Shown here: positions 63,686 to 64,000 of the stretch, piece after piece
How the letters are laid out: each line of letters begins with the position of its first letter
Numbering within the stretch: the first letter of the stretch is position 1
Assembly: GCA_002269645.1 (NCBI GenBank)
Contig: NIVC01003732.1
Span: 15,772-79,771, forward strand
Length of the DNA stretch: 64,000 bases
DNA from: Macrostomum lignano
Lineage: Eukaryota
Direction: 5' to 3'
Notes under the pieces: model-generated
What the model was told of the DNA's origin: nothing
Seen by the model: only the letters and a program-made list of their open reading frames with translations
Databases searched by the model: none
Made by a program: the position numbers and the translations under genes

Positions 63686-64000
63686 GGTTACCGCAGCGGC
63701 TGTGCGGGCCACTGTTGTGCCAGCATCAACCGTGTTGTTGTTGCATTGCAGTTGCTGCTGCGGAGGCTGCTGAGTTGCCAGTCGCGTCGGCGTCAGCTGC
63801 AGTTCGTCATCAGCCTCTATCCTGCTGAGCTGCCAACGACATTATATTGTGCTCTTTATTACGAAGAGAATGCACTTTTATTTAGCGACCAAGTGATGCT
63901 CTTTGAAGCAGAACAGTCGTATCATAATGGATTTGCTGCTGTTTGAGTTAAATTTTTTAAATCATATTTCTACCATAGAGAGTTTGCCACTGTCAACATG

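Overview
Animal genomic DNA with spliceosomal GT-AG introns, GC-rich exons, AT-rich intergenic tracts and very dense mini/microsatellites. The style suggests a repeat-rich invertebrate such as a Macrostomum-like flatworm, but the species is an inference only. Seven host genes were built by hand from splice sites and reading frames: the 3' part of a single-minded (sim) bHLH-PAS gene (+); two tandem VAP/MSP paralogues (-), one canonical and one divergent with a 2-nt frameshift; a 949-aa three-exon protein ending in a degenerate STAR (QUA1-KH-QUA2)-like domain (+); a 292-aa signal peptide/single-TM protein with a tyrosine-motif tail (-); a complete 10-exon IQCE orthologue (+); and an HSBP1-like gene (-). 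Mobile DNA includes a solo LTR with a 4-bp TSD, two decayed Gypsy gag-protease fragments, a decayed Gypsy pol with an amplified GPY/F motif, a Tc1 transposase pseudogene and several MITE/foldback elements. Seventeen of the 19 complete introns in my models carry a tandem-repeat array. Most long ORFs in the supplied track are stop-free repeats, not genes. No CRISPR array, rRNA or tRNA gene was recognised. Repeat boundaries are approximate. Protein assignments rest on remembered family sequences, not on a database search.
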